The notes under the pieces are model-generated. The model worked only from the letters and a program-made list of their open reading frames with translations. It made no database searches and was not told the origin of the DNA. From Amoebophrya sp. A120 (Eukaryota > Protista > Dinoflagellata): 64,000 nt of DNA. The first letter of the stretch is position 1. Every line of letters begins with the position of its first letter. The DNA is taken from positions 4,955,709-5,019,708 of the forward strand of contig CAJINV010000002.1 in NCBI GenBank assembly GCA_905178155.1. Direction: 5' to 3'. Positions 10,859 through 24,715 of the stretch are shown in pieces. A program made the position numbers and the translations under genes.

Positions 10859-13800
10859 CTAAGTATGTCGGCCGACCTCGGGTCTATCAGCCCCGCATCC
10901 ATCGCTGACCAAGCGCAGAGCTGCCGGTGTCGACGGCGGGCATGGCGGGGCGTCGGATGGTAGATTCGTCGTTTTCAAAAACTTTCCCCGCCTTGTGAAC
11001 GAAACCACGGACGACGCGTAACCCGACCTCGGGGTGTTATCCGGCACGCGTGGCGTGTCGCTCTCCACGTCCGAATCACACTCGTCATAATCTTCATTGT
11101 TGTCCGAAGATTTTTGAGCAGAAAAATGGCGGTCGAGGTTGTTGTGCTTGCTACTTACGTCGTTCTTCTTCCGGGATGTTGAACTACTACGACGACCAAG
11201 CGGGCGCTGAGACGCTGTTGACCTTGCGTGTTTTTCTGCTGCTTTTTCCTTTCCTTTAGTACTTTCGCTTTCGGTTCCTCTTTGCATAATTTGCTCAACT
11301 ACCACGTTCCCATCCGCCTCGGAAATAAACACCTCCTCGTCCTCTTCGTCGGACGCGGACGACTCCGTTTCATCCATTTCCGACTGACTTGCTGTGTATC
11401 CGCCGCCCCGGTTCGCACGGAAGGAGCGCTCGCCCGGCGTACTGTTCCCCGCCGAGTCTGCAGAAGCTGCGCTCTTAGCAGATCCCAACTCCTTACTGGA
11501 AGAAGAACTCGGCTCACCGCCGGTTTTGAAGACGTAACTCTTCTCAACATTTGCAACGCCGAAGCTGATTGTGTCGTGCCGGCCCTGCTGGTCTTTGTGT
11601 CTCACGAGCCGGAATTCCGGGGCGGAGGCGCTGTTGTTAAGGTTCTGGTGGTTTTGTAGGTCGGGGAAGTTGTGCATTTGGCGGTCAACATCTCTGTGGT
11701 TTACATCAAGTGCTTTGTTCTCATGAAAAACATCGGCGTTGTCGTCGTGATGAAAGTTGTTATGATAATCTTCCTCATTATGCTCTTCGTCTACCACCCC
11801 CTTCATCACCTCGCCCCGCCGAAAATCATGGTCTTGATCCTCATCCTGCAAAGCGTGAGGACCACGCCGGTCTTGAACAAAGAAACGGCGACTGTTACAA
11901 CTGTGCGCCGGAGACGGAGATGCCGAGGCACCCTGCACGGTCGTCATCAGCGTGTCCCGATGAAAAGTTCCGCCGTGCTCCAATGCCCACGCCTGCATCC
12001 GTTGCACCTGTTGCTCGTACAGCTGGTTTATAACAGTGCACAAGAACTCCCCCTCCCCCTCATCTGTGAAGATGCAAAATCCCCAATAAGTTTGCTGCCT
12101 TGTGGCACTGTTTGCATGACAAATCCCAGAAGCCCAAACAGTACTACTTACACTCGGCCCCTGAACTTGTCATGCACAGGCTCCACGTGTGTTGGTGTTT
12201 GTATTGCTGCGCATGCCATGCAAATGAGGGGAAGGGGAGTTGTGCACTCTCGTATGGTTTTCCCGGCTTCGTTTCTGGATCGTCATCCACTTCTCCACAA
12301 CGCGGATATCCCCCAGAAAAAAGCGGGAAGGGCATATTTTCTTATTCGTAACTCCTATATGCAAAACTACACAGTACGCAGAAACACAAACATCTCTCAT
12401 AGGCACGGGCACGCGCTGCAGATCCCTCTACGTGCCGCGTACTATCTACTTCTGCGACACAGAGATTTTTCCCTGCCAGCTTTTTTCTATGGGATAGCAG
12501 AGGAACAGGAGCAGCGTGAGGAAAAGAAGAAAAGTGAACGCGGCGAGACCGACAACGGCGCCGTAAAACCAAACATGGGGCTTGGCTTCCTCCCAGGATT
12601 CGGAGATCTGTATATAAACATAGAATAAGCGTTGGTTTCTAGCATTGATAAAGAGAATCCCTATGAAACTACGTCGCTGCACAGCAGCAGATTATAGAAG
12701 ATCAACGCCTGATGCTAAAGAAAGAACAACGTGACGGGACAAAAATTTTATACGTAGACTTTCACCGGCGGCGAGATCTTTTCCCACGTGAGCAGTAACA
12801 ACGCCCACGCTTCTGCCTCGTCGCGGGATTCCAAAGCGCATCTTTTTCTGATTATATCCGCTCGCCACTGCACGGCGCTGACCGCGAGGTTGTAGGCTTT
12901 TGGGTGAACAACATCCGGCGTTTGGTGTTGACTTTGGTCCTCCGCGTTGCTGTTGTTCTCTCTACCACTTCGGGCCTTTGACCTCGCTTTCGACTTCGAC
13001 CTCGACCGAGTGACACCGTCATGGACCTGCTCCCCAGCGGTTGTAGTTGTTGTTGTGCCATCGCCGTTTCCTTGTCCTCTTTGTCTCGTCGCGCTGGTAC
13101 TACGAGTAGCTCCTTCGACCTTGTTTGTTCTTCCCGTAGCATCGCCGTCTGTTTTCTGATTTCTCGCAGTCACCTCACCGTCAGGAACAGGAGCCTCTTC
13201 GCCATCAATACTGGCGAAAGAGGAGGTGCGGGACAACCTGCCAGTCGCGTCTACGGCATTAGTGCTGCCTGGTACAACCACCCCTGGCGTTGTACCATCT
13301 CCCCCTGTCCTACGCGCAGCGCCTGCTCCAGGCGTCGCATCACTATTAGTAAAAATACTAACCGGCTCCCGGGTACTAGTTGCTTCTTGTGGTGGGCTCC
13401 GAATCAAGTCTGGACTTGGCGTGGCACTGGCGCTTGCGTGGGACCCGTTCTGCCCGCGCATGGAAACGGACTCCTCGGATCCGGAGCGTGACATATCTGT
13501 GGAACTAGTCGGATTATTAGCGCCAGCCGTGGCCGCAGAGTTCGTTCCTGGCTGGAATGAGTTTTTGCTCTGCAGCCGCTGCAGCCTCTGCCCGACCTTG
13601 TCGGCAAACACGCTGTACGATAGCTGCTCGTTGATAAGACGCGGATTTAACATCTCTGGTGGAACCAGCGCTGAGTCTACTTCACTGGGCGAGGTTTGCT
13701 TGGAAAACTGTCCGGGGGAGGCGCTTACAGAAGCAATACCGTCTGCTGCTTGCAGCTGCTGCCGCCCGTCCGGCGGAATAGCAGCACCTTCAACGGCTTC

Positions 13801-15429
13801 AACTTCTTCTATCAGCACGTTGCTGTTTGGGATATAAAACAAGCCTTCCTCATCTTCCTCTAGTATCCCCTCCAAATGTGGTTCCTGGCCGCGTATCTCC
13901 GCGGTCACGGTTGGATCCCCGGGAACGAGAAACTCCGGCAACATTTCCGCTGCACAGAGCCCGTCGAAGGATTGCTTCAGCAACAGCCGGAGAACATCTG
14001 GAATGAGAAACATGTTGTACTTTTTCGAGCCGATGAAGAACTTCTCAATCCAGATGTACTCGAACTTCGCCAGAATGTCATGCCAGTTGAAATTCTGCAC
14101 TTCCAACTTTTGAAACCCGATCTCAATGTCGTTGAGCTTCACCCAGGGAGGTGTCTTCGCATCTTTCGCAGGGGGCTGCTGCGGTTGGCTGTCTTTGGAA
14201 GAAGGGATCGCACCCTGCTGCTGCTGCTGCTGCTGCTGCGCCTGCCCGGCCTGTTCGGATTGATAAAACGCGCCGCCGCCACTTGCGCTTGCCCCGCCTT
14301 GCGACTGTTCGGATTGAAAGCGAAACCTCGGCGTCTGTTCGCCACGCGTGAGCGGCGTCGCGTCACCGCGTGAGACGCCACGCGTGAACGGCGTCGCGTC
14401 CCCGCGTGAGACGCCACGCGTGAACGGCGTCGCGTCCCCGCGTGACGTAAATGGCGTCATGTCGCCGACGTGCGACTGCTTTGAGCCATCCCGCCTCGGA
14501 CTTCCCGGTCTGCGCGTGCTGGGCTGGAGGTGATTTGGGTTATTGTAGTTGTTCAAAATGTCCACCTGTGCCTGCTGCCCGGGCGCCAGGCCGAAGGGCC
14601 CGAGCTTCGGCGCCGGAATGCCGCGGTGCCGGTGAAAATTAGAAACGCCCGGGGTCTTATTGTTCATCGCCCGGGCCCACGGTCCACGGGGATCGTCCGT
14701 ATAGGGGTCGGTCACGTAGGGAACGGCCTTCGCCTTCGGCGACGTGGTGCCCTGCTGGTCGGTTGTTGTGTTCGGAGGGGAGTTTGGGCCGGAGCCCGGC
14801 TTGGTATTTGCCCGAAGGTTGGTGCCGGGCGTTACTGGGGTAAAAACGTCGTCCGGTGCGAGGTAAAGGCGATCGACGGGAACAACTGGCCTCTTCTTGC
14901 ACTTCTTCGGCTCTGCGGTCGTGCCTCGGTTGGGCTGCACTGGGGAGGGTGCACCGCCGTACGTCATGACATTTGGATTACCTGCTGTCCTATTCTCGCC
15001 GGACGTGAAGTCCCGCTCGTCATCTTCGCTGTCATCTTCGTAGTTGTTCTCCGCTCCGGATAGACCGAACGACCTTCTCCCTGCGGAGCCCCCCCGCCCC
15101 GGTTGTCGGGATTCCCCGTCGTTTTGCAGAATGGAGCGTCGGCCGGGAAATTGCCCGTCCAGGTCTCCATCGTCGCCCGTGCAGCCGCTGACCTGCAGCA
15201 AGCTGGAGCTTGACTCTTCTAACGGAGGTAGCACGGGCTGCCGATGGTTTGACGACGAGCTGCCACCGGCCGTGCTGTTTCTCTGGTGGTTCACCGTAGC
15301 CGGGGTCGTGTGGCGGGGCTGGTGTGGCGGCGCTGGCGTTGTACCGGAACCCGAAGAGGAAGCTGCGCCGGTGCTGGATCGGGGCGACAAAATCAGAGTG
15401 AAAAAGCAAGCGAGAGGAGACGACTTCAT
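10859..15429 (-). CDS. Hypothetical low-complexity type I membrane protein (signal peptide, RGD tandem repeats, one TM helix)
   Basis: MKSSPLACFFTLILSP N-terminus; ORF 12748-15561; TM exon near 12500-12610 (VWFYGAVVGLAAFTFLLFLTLLLFL) joins in frame to ORF 10859-12043 after two introners are removed. The intron at about 12610-12760 is approximate. Confidence 0.65.
12029..12254. mobile_element. TIR introner, family D
   Basis: TATAACAGTGCACAAGAACTCCCCCTCCCCCTCAT...ATGAGGGGAAGGGGAGTTGTGCACTCTCGTA; TSD tggtt/tggtt; joins SREN-QLYEQ. Confidence 0.82.
12307..12496. mobile_element. TIR introner, family E
   Basis: TATCCCCCAGAAAAAAGCGGGAAGGG...CCCTGCCAGCTTTTTTCTATGGGATA; TSD gcgga/gcaga; in-frame join. 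Confidence 0.82.
14341..14467 (-). repeat. 36-bp coding tandem repeat, about 3 copies, encoding RGDATPFTRGVS
   Basis: Repeated unit acgccacgcgtgaacggcgtcgcgtccccgcgtgag. Confidence 0.85.
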
Positions 15430-17362
15430 AGTTTTTGCTGCGCCTCCGTCGGCGCTAGTGAAATGAATGTGGTAGAGGTGCAACGGGACGCGGATGGGCA
15501 CGATGGGATGCAATTCCCGAAAATTGCGAACATTGGTGCTAGGGGAGGCCTCTTGGGACAAACACAGAAAAGCCCGACTGTTTTGTCAGCAACGAACAAT
15601 ACCACGAGAACGGAAGGCGGGGCGCAGCACACGTATATCTTAGTGGCGCAGCATGCGAAGACAACATCAGATCGCCTCGCTCACAAAAGGAACACGCGGC
15701 ACGGAAAAATGCCATAACACGAGTGGCGCCGGAGCGTCCGAAATGCAATACGGACGACACCAATCCTTTGTGGAGTAGCAGGGGCGCGCCATCCGTGTGC
15801 CTGCGCGAAAAGCAGCAGGCGCCCTGGACGGCCTGCGCCCTCATCAAAACTAACCAACGCGATCGAAAAGGCAGGGGCGGCGGCGGTACGTGAAAAGAAC
15901 CAAAGCGGGCGCCCCCGAGCGCGCGGGCCCGGGCCGGAAGTCCCAGCAGGCGCAATTTACTGCGGGGGGCCCAAGAGAGTGGCGGCCGCCCAAATGCTGC
16001 GCAGCCAAATTGCCGCCGCCGCGCGCCATCGCATTCGGCGGGGTGGGGCGCGGGCCGGCGAGGGCGCCACCTGCCCTGCTTCTGTGTTTGCTTCGCCCTT
16101 CCCAGCAGGCAGCCCAGTTTCCACACCGCCGCGCAGAATGTGGCGCGCGAGTTCTGCCTGCGGCTATAGCTCCGGCACACGTTACGAGGCCCCTTGCAGA
16201 TCGGCCCGATGGCCGCGGGCTTCTTGCTTGGCGCCTCTTCCGGCCCGGCGCTGACCACACCACAGGGCTTGCCGCGGCAGGCGTTGGAGCCCCGCCCTCG
16301 GCCCCGCCCGGCACGCCGACGCACCTGCCGGGCCCAGGGCGTTGCTGGCCCGGGGCGGGCGCGCTTCGTTTAATTAGCGCCGGAAGCCCGCCCCCGAGGA
16401 GGCATCGTCCCCAAATTCTTCAGCGCCTTCGCCAGTCGCCGGCGGTAAAACCAGCAGGCCGAGGGCGCCATGGCCCCTCGCGGGCGCGCGCTCGCGCCCC
16501 ATAACCCTGACCCGCGCCCGCCCGGGGCCGCGCCGCGTTTGCTTCCGCCGCCGACGCGGGCACTAATCCAGGGCTCCTCTCCGCATCGCGCGCAATGCGC
16601 GACACCCTGGCGACTGTTCTCCCCCTCCTTGCCCCACTGCTACCAACTTGCGCAGGTGCTCGCAGCAGTCTAGTTCGTTTGGGATTTGTCGCCCGGTCCC
16701 CTGCGGAATCACCCGCACGAGAAAAATTGCCCCACGATTCCGGCGCGCCATAGACGCGCGCCGAGCCTTTTATTACATTCAACATGCCCCGCCGCGGCTC
16801 CGGCAACTTCGCCAAAGCCACCGCCACCGCCTTGGGCATCTCCCTCGATCCTGCTGCAGGACCAAAACGAGCCCGCCACCCCCGAAAGTTTCGGCGGGTC
16901 CTTCCAAAAGATGCCCGCCCCGCTCGGCTGTGGGCCTGCGAATTTGCGCGCGCCAGTCTTCGCCTGGTCTGCCCCTCACCCCGGCGCCGCACCGAGCGGG
17001 CAGCGGCAAAGATCGCCCCGCACGCGGGCCCCCGGGGCTCGGCAAGAAGCTGCCTCCCTGAGGCTCGTCGGCGGCCCATCTTTTCGTACACAGGCCCACA
17101 AGTTTCATATATACGCAGAGCGCGCCCACTCATAGGAGACGCTCTAACTCCAAGACAATGCGAGAGCACATAACAAGTAGAACACTCAACTTCTTCAGAT
17201 GCAACTTTTCCAGCACCGCTTCACCTTACTTCTATTTCAATGAATTATTCCTACGTACTCGTTTTGCGCGTTGGTCCAAGAAGTCGTGACTTCAAACTTC
17301 AAAACACACACATCATGGTGAGCAGCTTTCCTCATCATCATCACTATTAACATCCCTGTCCT

Positions 17363-20300
17363 CTACTTTACCACCAAGCATCTTTCCGCGTGTCTCAACT
17401 TCAATTTCACGTCTTCCGACTCCTTGCTCCCGCCAGCACCCTTCCCGGCCTTCTCCAGCAAAAACGGTTTCACCAACTTCCGCAACGCGATCAAGACCCC
17501 CTCCTTCAAATCTTCGTACTGCTTCAGAGGCGAGAAGATCGCGTCAAACGCGTCGAGCGAATCCAAAAATTCCAACACCTGCGCCAACACCTCCCGCATG
17601 AACATTCCGTGCGGTCCCTGGAAGAGCGAAAACGACCCAGTTCCGGCCACCGCGTCGGAGAAGTCCAAATACCGCAACAGGGACAACGGCAACACGCCAT
17701 CCTCCGCCACCCCGCTGGCGAACAGCAGCGCCAGGTTCAACATGGGCTGGATGCTGTACTTGTGGACCTCTTGAATCCGCGGGATCAGCGCGTTCTTGAA
17801 TGCGTGCTGGTACTTCTTGCTGTCGCTCGCTGTGCTAGAACCCGCACAGAGTCCGAGCATCACGAGAGAGTAGAACGGGTTGAAAGCACGACCATCCGCC
17901 GGGCTGCTGTTCACATCCCGCAAGGCGCAGTGAATGACCACTTCCGCGACGTCCTTGCACTTCTGCTTCGGGGGGATTTTCAGTTCCTTGATTCGCAAAA
18001 TCGCGTGCGCATCGTCGTCCGCCCCCTGTAAGGCAACAAATACCGACCTTTTGCTGTCGGTCGCGAGCCGCTGCTCCTTCGCCAGTTGGAGGAGTTGGTC
18101 GTTTTGGGTGGAGGGAGATGTGGTGGATTTATTTCTCGAAAGTGAGGCTGAATCAGAACCAGAAATTGTCGCGTTCCCTTCACCAGCACTTCTTGTTTCC
18201 ACTGATGAAGAAGATTGTTGCGGCGCGCCTCGGACTGCTCCTGCTTCCGGTGCATGAAGACTTCTCTCGACTGATTTTGATGTCAACGCCACGCCTGTGC
18301 TAGTTGAAGTTTGTCTTTTCCTTTCCTCCTCTTCCTCTTCGACAGTGTAGTAAAACCCCGCACCAGCAGCAGCTCCAGATGTAGCTGATGTTGAATTATC
18401 ACCATGATCACAGTCAAAGTTCAGAAATTCCCGCTTCAACGTCACTGGTGGCAGAATCAGCGAGTTAGCGTTCTTGGCTTCCATCAGAGCTTTCGTCTTT
18501 TTCTTCTTGGAGCTCGACGCGGCAGAGGATGGGTCCGCTGATGTAGTTGAACTACAGCTCCCATTGTTCCCTCTCAACATCTTCCCACCTGCGACGTCTG
18601 GGTTGAGCAGAACACAGCTGTTCAGCCACGTCTCCGTCTGCCGAAACCGGTCCATCGCGGTAAAACCACCCTTTTTTCCCTTGTGCAGCTCAAACAGCTC
18701 CTGTCGGAAGAACTCCAAGCGGGTTGAGTCGACGAAAGCTGGACTTGATAGTGCTCCAGAAGCGGCGTTAATATTCTGCTTCTTTTGATTTCTCGTCCCG
18801 GCTTTGCTTGTCGACATCTCCAGAGCCTTCGCCTTCACCCGAGACTTCAAATTTTCCTGGTCTTTATCCATGATATTATCAGTGGCGCCCAATGCAGCAG
18901 CTCCCGAAAGTTGTACTAAACCTCCTGCGTCGTCGTGGTCCCGAAACAGTGGTAGTTTGAGCAAGTAGTCCAAGATCTGCTTGAAATCCGAAGGATACCG
19001 TGCCCGCAAACTCTTCCCGCTGTACCGCAAAATCGCGAGCGCAATGTCAATTCTCTGCTCGAAGAGGTGCTGTTTGTTCGAAGTGGTTGTGTTGCAGCTC
19101 ATTTGCTCTTCCTGCTCAAACGGCTTCATCAGCTTCTTGAACATTTGGAAAATCACGCTCGCGGGTAACACGCCGAAGTGAAAGAGGAGGGCAATCAGCA
19201 GGACCACGTTTTTCATCACAAGTTGCTGCTGCTCTTGCGCTTTTCTCTGCTCCTCGGTGTTGAGCTGCGCAGATGCGCTTTTATTTTCCATACCGCCTTT
19301 TTCCCCTGTACTGTAGTCGTAAAACTTCTTCTCCAGCAGCTGCGTCACCGCGGATAGACATCTCACGTCCACCGTGCTGCAGGCAGCAACCACAACCGCG
19401 GCGTAGCAAGCGACGACCAGGATGGAAATGTGCGGGTTTTCGCACGCGTTTTTGTAAACAGCGTCGGCAAAGAAGGTGAATACTAAGGGACAACTTTTGC
19501 TGATTTCAGAAGTAGCCGCAGATGACGTTGTTCTGCTCTTCAAATTTTCCTTCAACAGCGCACAAACGTCGATGGCGATCCCATCCAGATTTCCCTCGGA
19601 CAACCGATTGAGCAACCCCTGCAGCTTCTGCTTCAGGGCGTTCGTATCTGAATCATTTTCGCCGGCGGATAACATGGCGTTTGCCTTTTTTCGCAAATGC
19701 GGAGGGACCCATCTTTGGCCGGCGGGGGCGGTGGCTGGTAATGTCGTCGTGGAGGATGAAATCGAAATGAGTGCGTCCTTAATATCCTCTGTTCTTTCCA
19801 CTTGATGATTTTCATCGTCATCCTCTGTAGTAGTTCTTTCCGGAACCTCCAAACTCGTACTGTCGTTCAACAAGTGTCCCCGCTCCTTCAAAATCTTTTC
19901 CAAGTCGATCGGCTCATCCGGAAGAGAGTAATCCTCCGTGCAAGATGATAATTCCTCTTCTTCTGATACAGACTCCTCCTCAGATAAAGCTTCCTCCTCG
20001 CACTCGGAGCTGCATTCTTCTTCCCAGTCCGAATTTGTGGTCTCCTCCTCGTCTGCCTTGCGTTCCGCATCATCGATTTCCATCTTGTCTTGCTTCTGTT
20101 CCGGCACTGCTGGTGCTGTCGGTGGTCTTCTTGCAGCTGCGTCCACTGTCGATGTTGGGCGGGCAGTAGCGGATGAACAAGAAATCGGTGTAGTTCCTCC
20201 ACCACTAACGGTCGAGGTAGTTGTGTCCTTCTTGGTCCTGCCACCGTCTATTTCCTCCGCAGGAGCAGACGCCACTACTGGCAACAGTTCTGCCACTGCA

Positions 20301-23300
20301 CCTTGATCAGCCTCCTCTTTCTCCTCCACCAATTCCCCCTCTTCCCACGGATCCAAACAGTTTCCACTGCCCACTTCCAACTCACTCGTGTAATCGTCCG
20401 TCTGCCCGTAGTATCAAATGTAAAAATGTCTGGGTCTGGAAGATTCCGAGATTTGCCATGCAGTTTTTCCAAGCTCCGCCAAGTCTGGCATGCAGGGCCT
20501 AGCATCGCAGGTTCTGCAGCCCCTTGGTGATGCACAATATGCATGAGAAATGCCCTCTCAGCCTCAGCGTGGCGAGAAATAGGGACCTTTTGCAAGTCAT
20601 GCAACACAGATTTTTGTATGATCCGCAACACGCATCACAAGTTCGCATTCTTCCAGACCCAGACATTTTTGCATTTGATACGTAGGGTCCCCCCAGATGG
20701 TTCGACGTGTTGTTCCCACTAGTTCCAGGCATCAGCATCATCTGCGGATTGTTTGGGTCAAAATTCTGGACGTCCAGACCCTGCTGACAGAGGAAATCAA
20801 ACAGCATCTGCTGCTGGTTCGACCAGTCGCTGGTATTATTTTCTTGTTCAGACGCAGTAGGCAGTGCGGGTTGTTGTAGTTGTTCCTGCCGCTGGCCGGG
20901 ATCTGCTTGACCTCCGTTCTTTGGTTGATTATTCGCATGGGGAGCTACATTATCCTCCGGTTTCAAACAATCATTGATGAAATCTAAATCCTGCTTCGAC
21001 AGCTCCTTGTTCTGATACTCCGTCTTCTGCGAAGATGCTGAACCTTCGTCCTTCAAATCGGCGAGAAATTTTGTCAATTCGTCCTCTTCCTCGACTTCTG
21101 TGATAGTTGTAGGAGTTTCTAATACTTCTTCCGCCTCACTGGTCGCCATCGCGTCCACCTCCTCGTCCTCTGATGGCTTTTCTAGACGAGCGAGATTAAG
21201 CACCTTCCGAGTAGTTCTATTGCTTGCCGACGAAGGAAGATCGCCCGCGGATGTTGAACTACCTGTGCTCGCAGTAGCAGCGGATGAAGAAGCTACGACT
21301 GACGGCTGCACTAGCAACTGTTCATCCGGCGCAGCGGCTGCTGGAAGGGGGATTACCGATATTGAACTAGACGTCGCAGTTGACTGGATTTTCTGTGGTT
21401 TCGGTCCGGTGAGAGAGATGATCTTTCCGCCGTTTTGGTTCTCATTCGTCACGTTGTTCTGTTCTTTTGTACTACTAGTTCCCGCTTTCATGTTTTTCTT
21501 CTCCTCCATCATCTCCCGCTGCTGCAACAGCGCAATCAGATCCTCCGGCGTCAACTGGTTCCAGTCGATCCCGAGGAAATTGGGCTCGAACGAATCCTCC
21601 TCTTCCTCCTCTAGAAAATCCAAATCGTCGGAATCCTCCTCCTCCACCTCTTCTCCGTTCAGCTGCGCGGTTCGTGCCTGAATACTCGGCGGCGCCTCGC
21701 CCTCGTCGTAGTTCTCCGCCCAGGAAACAGACCGGTTGGTTTTGTTGGAAATAGTCGACTCGGTCTCGGAACAAACTACTGGTGCTGCGGACGTGGATTT
21801 GGTTTTGGAAATTTCTATATCGGGCGTTGATGTTTTTATGGCAGCCGCAACATCTTTTGCATTTTTGGTGCTAGTTGGGATCTTATCTGATGAGGTGGCT
21901 GAGCTGGTGGTTGAGATAGGAGCTCCTGCGGTAAGGACGGTCTCTGCCGCGGCAGCGCGGGCGGCGGGTGGTTGTTCTCCTGGAGGACTCGCATTACTAG
22001 TAGTGGAACAAGGAGGTCCTTCTTTCTTCAATATCTTCTTCGGCCGTGAGGGAAGAACAGGCTGCTCTTCCGAACGACGTGGAGCAGGTTGCTCTTTACT
22101 AGCGGCACTTGCCTTCGTCTTTTCACAAACAGCAAGCTTGTCGCCCTCTTTGTCCTGCACGACCTTAGCTGCAGCTTCTTTTTCATTCTCTTTTCCTTTC
22201 TTGTTATTTTTCTCAATTTTGTTCTTGCTCCCCTTCTATCAAATGTAAAAATGTCTGGGTCTGGAAGATTCTGAGACTTGTCATGCATGTTTTGCCTGGG
22301 CCATGATGTCTGTGATGCATACCCTAGCATCACAGATTTTTTGAGGGCCCCGCGATGCCTATTCCGCATGACAAATGCCCTCTCCGCGTAGCAAAAATTA
22401 CACTCCCTTTGCTGCTCATGCAATAGAGATTTTTTTGGAATCCAAATTCAGCATCACAAGTTGCATTCTTCCAGACCCAGACATTTTTACATTTGATACC
22501 TTGGAAGCCGCCCCCATACAGATCCGGTCGCATGCGTCGAGCAGGTCAAAATCGATCCCGTCAAGCATCAGCTCCTTGCCGAGTTTTCTCTTTTTCTTCC
22601 GCGAACTTTCCTTGTTGTTTGAGATCCCAAGTTGTTTTTCCAAATACTGCAACTCCTGAAGCTCTTCCGCGGTGTACAGCCCTCCGTCGTCCCCAGTGGT
22701 CAGCATGTTCTCGAATTTCTCTAAATTTTTGCCGTCATCTACTTCCCCATCATCAAGACCGAATCGTCCAGGCGTTACTTCATTACTTCCCTCGGAACAA
22801 CTACCGTCGGACTCAGCATCGCTGAGGGTTGTACTATCTCCAGTGGCAGAAGGCATTTTTTGCTTGCTCTGCTTCTTCTTCTCAGCGACAGAAGTAGTTG
22901 CGTTTTTTGCATTCTTACTGTACTCCGCCTCCAATTCCGCCAAACTTCGTCCACGTTTGTTACTGGAAGCAGCGGTTGATATTTCTGTTTCCTCCTTCCC
23001 CGCAACTTTCTTTTTGCCCTTCTTCCCTTTGGCGACGATATCGTCGCAAAAAGATAGGAGATCGTCGTCAAACCCGTCTTCTTCCATCTCTTTTAGCAAT
23101 TTCTCCTGCCCCTTCCCTTTGGACAGACCCAGCATCTTCTCCAGATACGCCAACTCTTCGGCGTCTGGGTCGTAAGACGAGTCAGGGTCCTCGTTTTGGA
23201 GGTCTTCATTGCTTATTCCTGCATCAGAACGTCCCTCATCCTCGTCACCTTCCGACGGCGCGGAGCCCGCATCAGAATCTGAATCCTCGGCCTTCGTAGT

Positions 23301-23777
23301 TTCTTTCCGCTGTACCTGGCTCGGGCTCGTGTTCGAAAGCTTGGTAACGGTTTTTTTTCTACTACTGCTGTTTTGCTGTTCGACTTCTTCAGAGCTATCG
23401 GCGTCTTCCACAACAGCGGTCTGTTTCTTCGTTGAGAAAAACTGCTCCCGCCTTTGCTTCTTTTCCATGCGCTGCTGCTTTCGAACTTTTTTTCTGTCGA
23501 CCGGCTTGGTGCTCTGAAAAGCATTTATTTTACCTCCCGCTGCATTTTGTGGTCTAGAACTCGCGACGCCGCTAGGATTCCCGTCATCCACTTGCTCTTG
23601 GTGTTTCTCGAAGACTTCTTGCGTCAAGCCCCGCAGAAGTTTCCGATTCTGCTTCGGCGGCTGGTTGTTTTTGGAGAATTTATTTTTCCCCTTTCCCTTT
23701 CCTTTGTTCTGCCCTGGCTTGCCTTTACCGCCTTTGCCGCCACCGCTTTTGCCTTTCCCTTTACCGCCACCGCCCAT
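17363..23777 (-). CDS. NOM1: Nucleolar MIF4G + MA3 domain protein (NOM1/Sgd1), 2 introners
   Basis: WVPPHLRK...LQGLLNRLSEGNL (MIF4G start); LAKEQRLATDSKRSVFVAL...VVIHC...FNPFY (MA3); Lys/Gly-rich N-terminus; three ORFs join in frame. Confidence 0.85.
20412..20680. mobile_element. TIR introner, family A
   Basis: TATCAAATGTAAAAATGTCTGGGTCTGGAAG TIR; TSD cgtag/cgtag; joins GGPY-GQTDD. Confidence 0.93.
22237..22498. mobile_element. TIR introner, family A (262 bp)
   Basis: Family A TIRs; TSD ccttc/ccttg; joins AASK-GSKN. Confidence 0.93.
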
Positions 23778-24715
23778 CGTGGTCGTGATCGTGCGGTGTT
23801 GATATGTGATTGCACTATTGACACGCTTGCTCTAGAAGCGACTAAAATTGAAAGACATGACTGAGATTTTTGTGTCGCTAAAAGTATTGAACGAAGCAAA
23901 GCAGTCACTCATCACCCTAAAAATTTCATGCAGTGTTGAAACGCTGCTCAGCCTATCGCTAGTTCTTGTTTTGCCTGTAGAACTAATATTGAGTACTTAA
24001 ACTATACATGCATTCCAAATTTCATCACGTGTCTGCGTCCTGATTTGAGTTTGACAAGCAAAAAAATGCGGATCGGAACTGCATGGAGCCAAAGACCAAT
24101 CAGAGCGCTTGAATTTCTCACGACTCTTCATCTGCAGATCCCTTTCTTCACCTGATCACGCTCTCTTGTCGTGTACAACTGAGATCGCTTTTGATGCTGT
24201 GCGGATCCTTTCAACAACTTTTTCGACGATCCATTCCAATTACAGATGATCTTCAAGATCTTCTCGCAAATAGAAAGTCAGAACTCTAGTATCCTGCACT
24301 TTCGTTGCAGGGTAATTATTGCATTTTTCATTGCCTACTCTTAATTTTTGCGCCTATTGTTGTAGTTCTGTATGATTTTTACAATCAAACCTGTACAGGG
24401 ACTTTGCGTTTGTGTGAGATTCAGCTGTTCCTCCTGATCCACTCAGAATGTGCCTATTTCACTGACAATCGAGACAACCCTTTTGCAAAAAGTAGATAAT
24501 GATATATAAGTGTAGTTTTGAATGTTTTCAGATTTAACAAGTGTAGCAGAAGCGACACGACTTCAAAGCGTGTTCAGCATAGACGTTTTCATTCTCGAAT
24601 TTTGAAGATTCGATTGCATTCTGTAGGCAGCTCTTTGACGTTGTGCAAAGGCAGATAACCTCAGTTTCACAACAACATCAGGGAAAAACGTGCACTACTA
24701 TCTACTTAAGTACTA

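Noticed and set aside
20412-20445. Recurrent peptides SNVKMSGSGR, IKCKNVWVWK, LPDPDIFTFD and FFQTQTFLHL in many ORFs
   Set aside because: They are translations of the family A TIR in different frames, not a protein repeat or a transposase.
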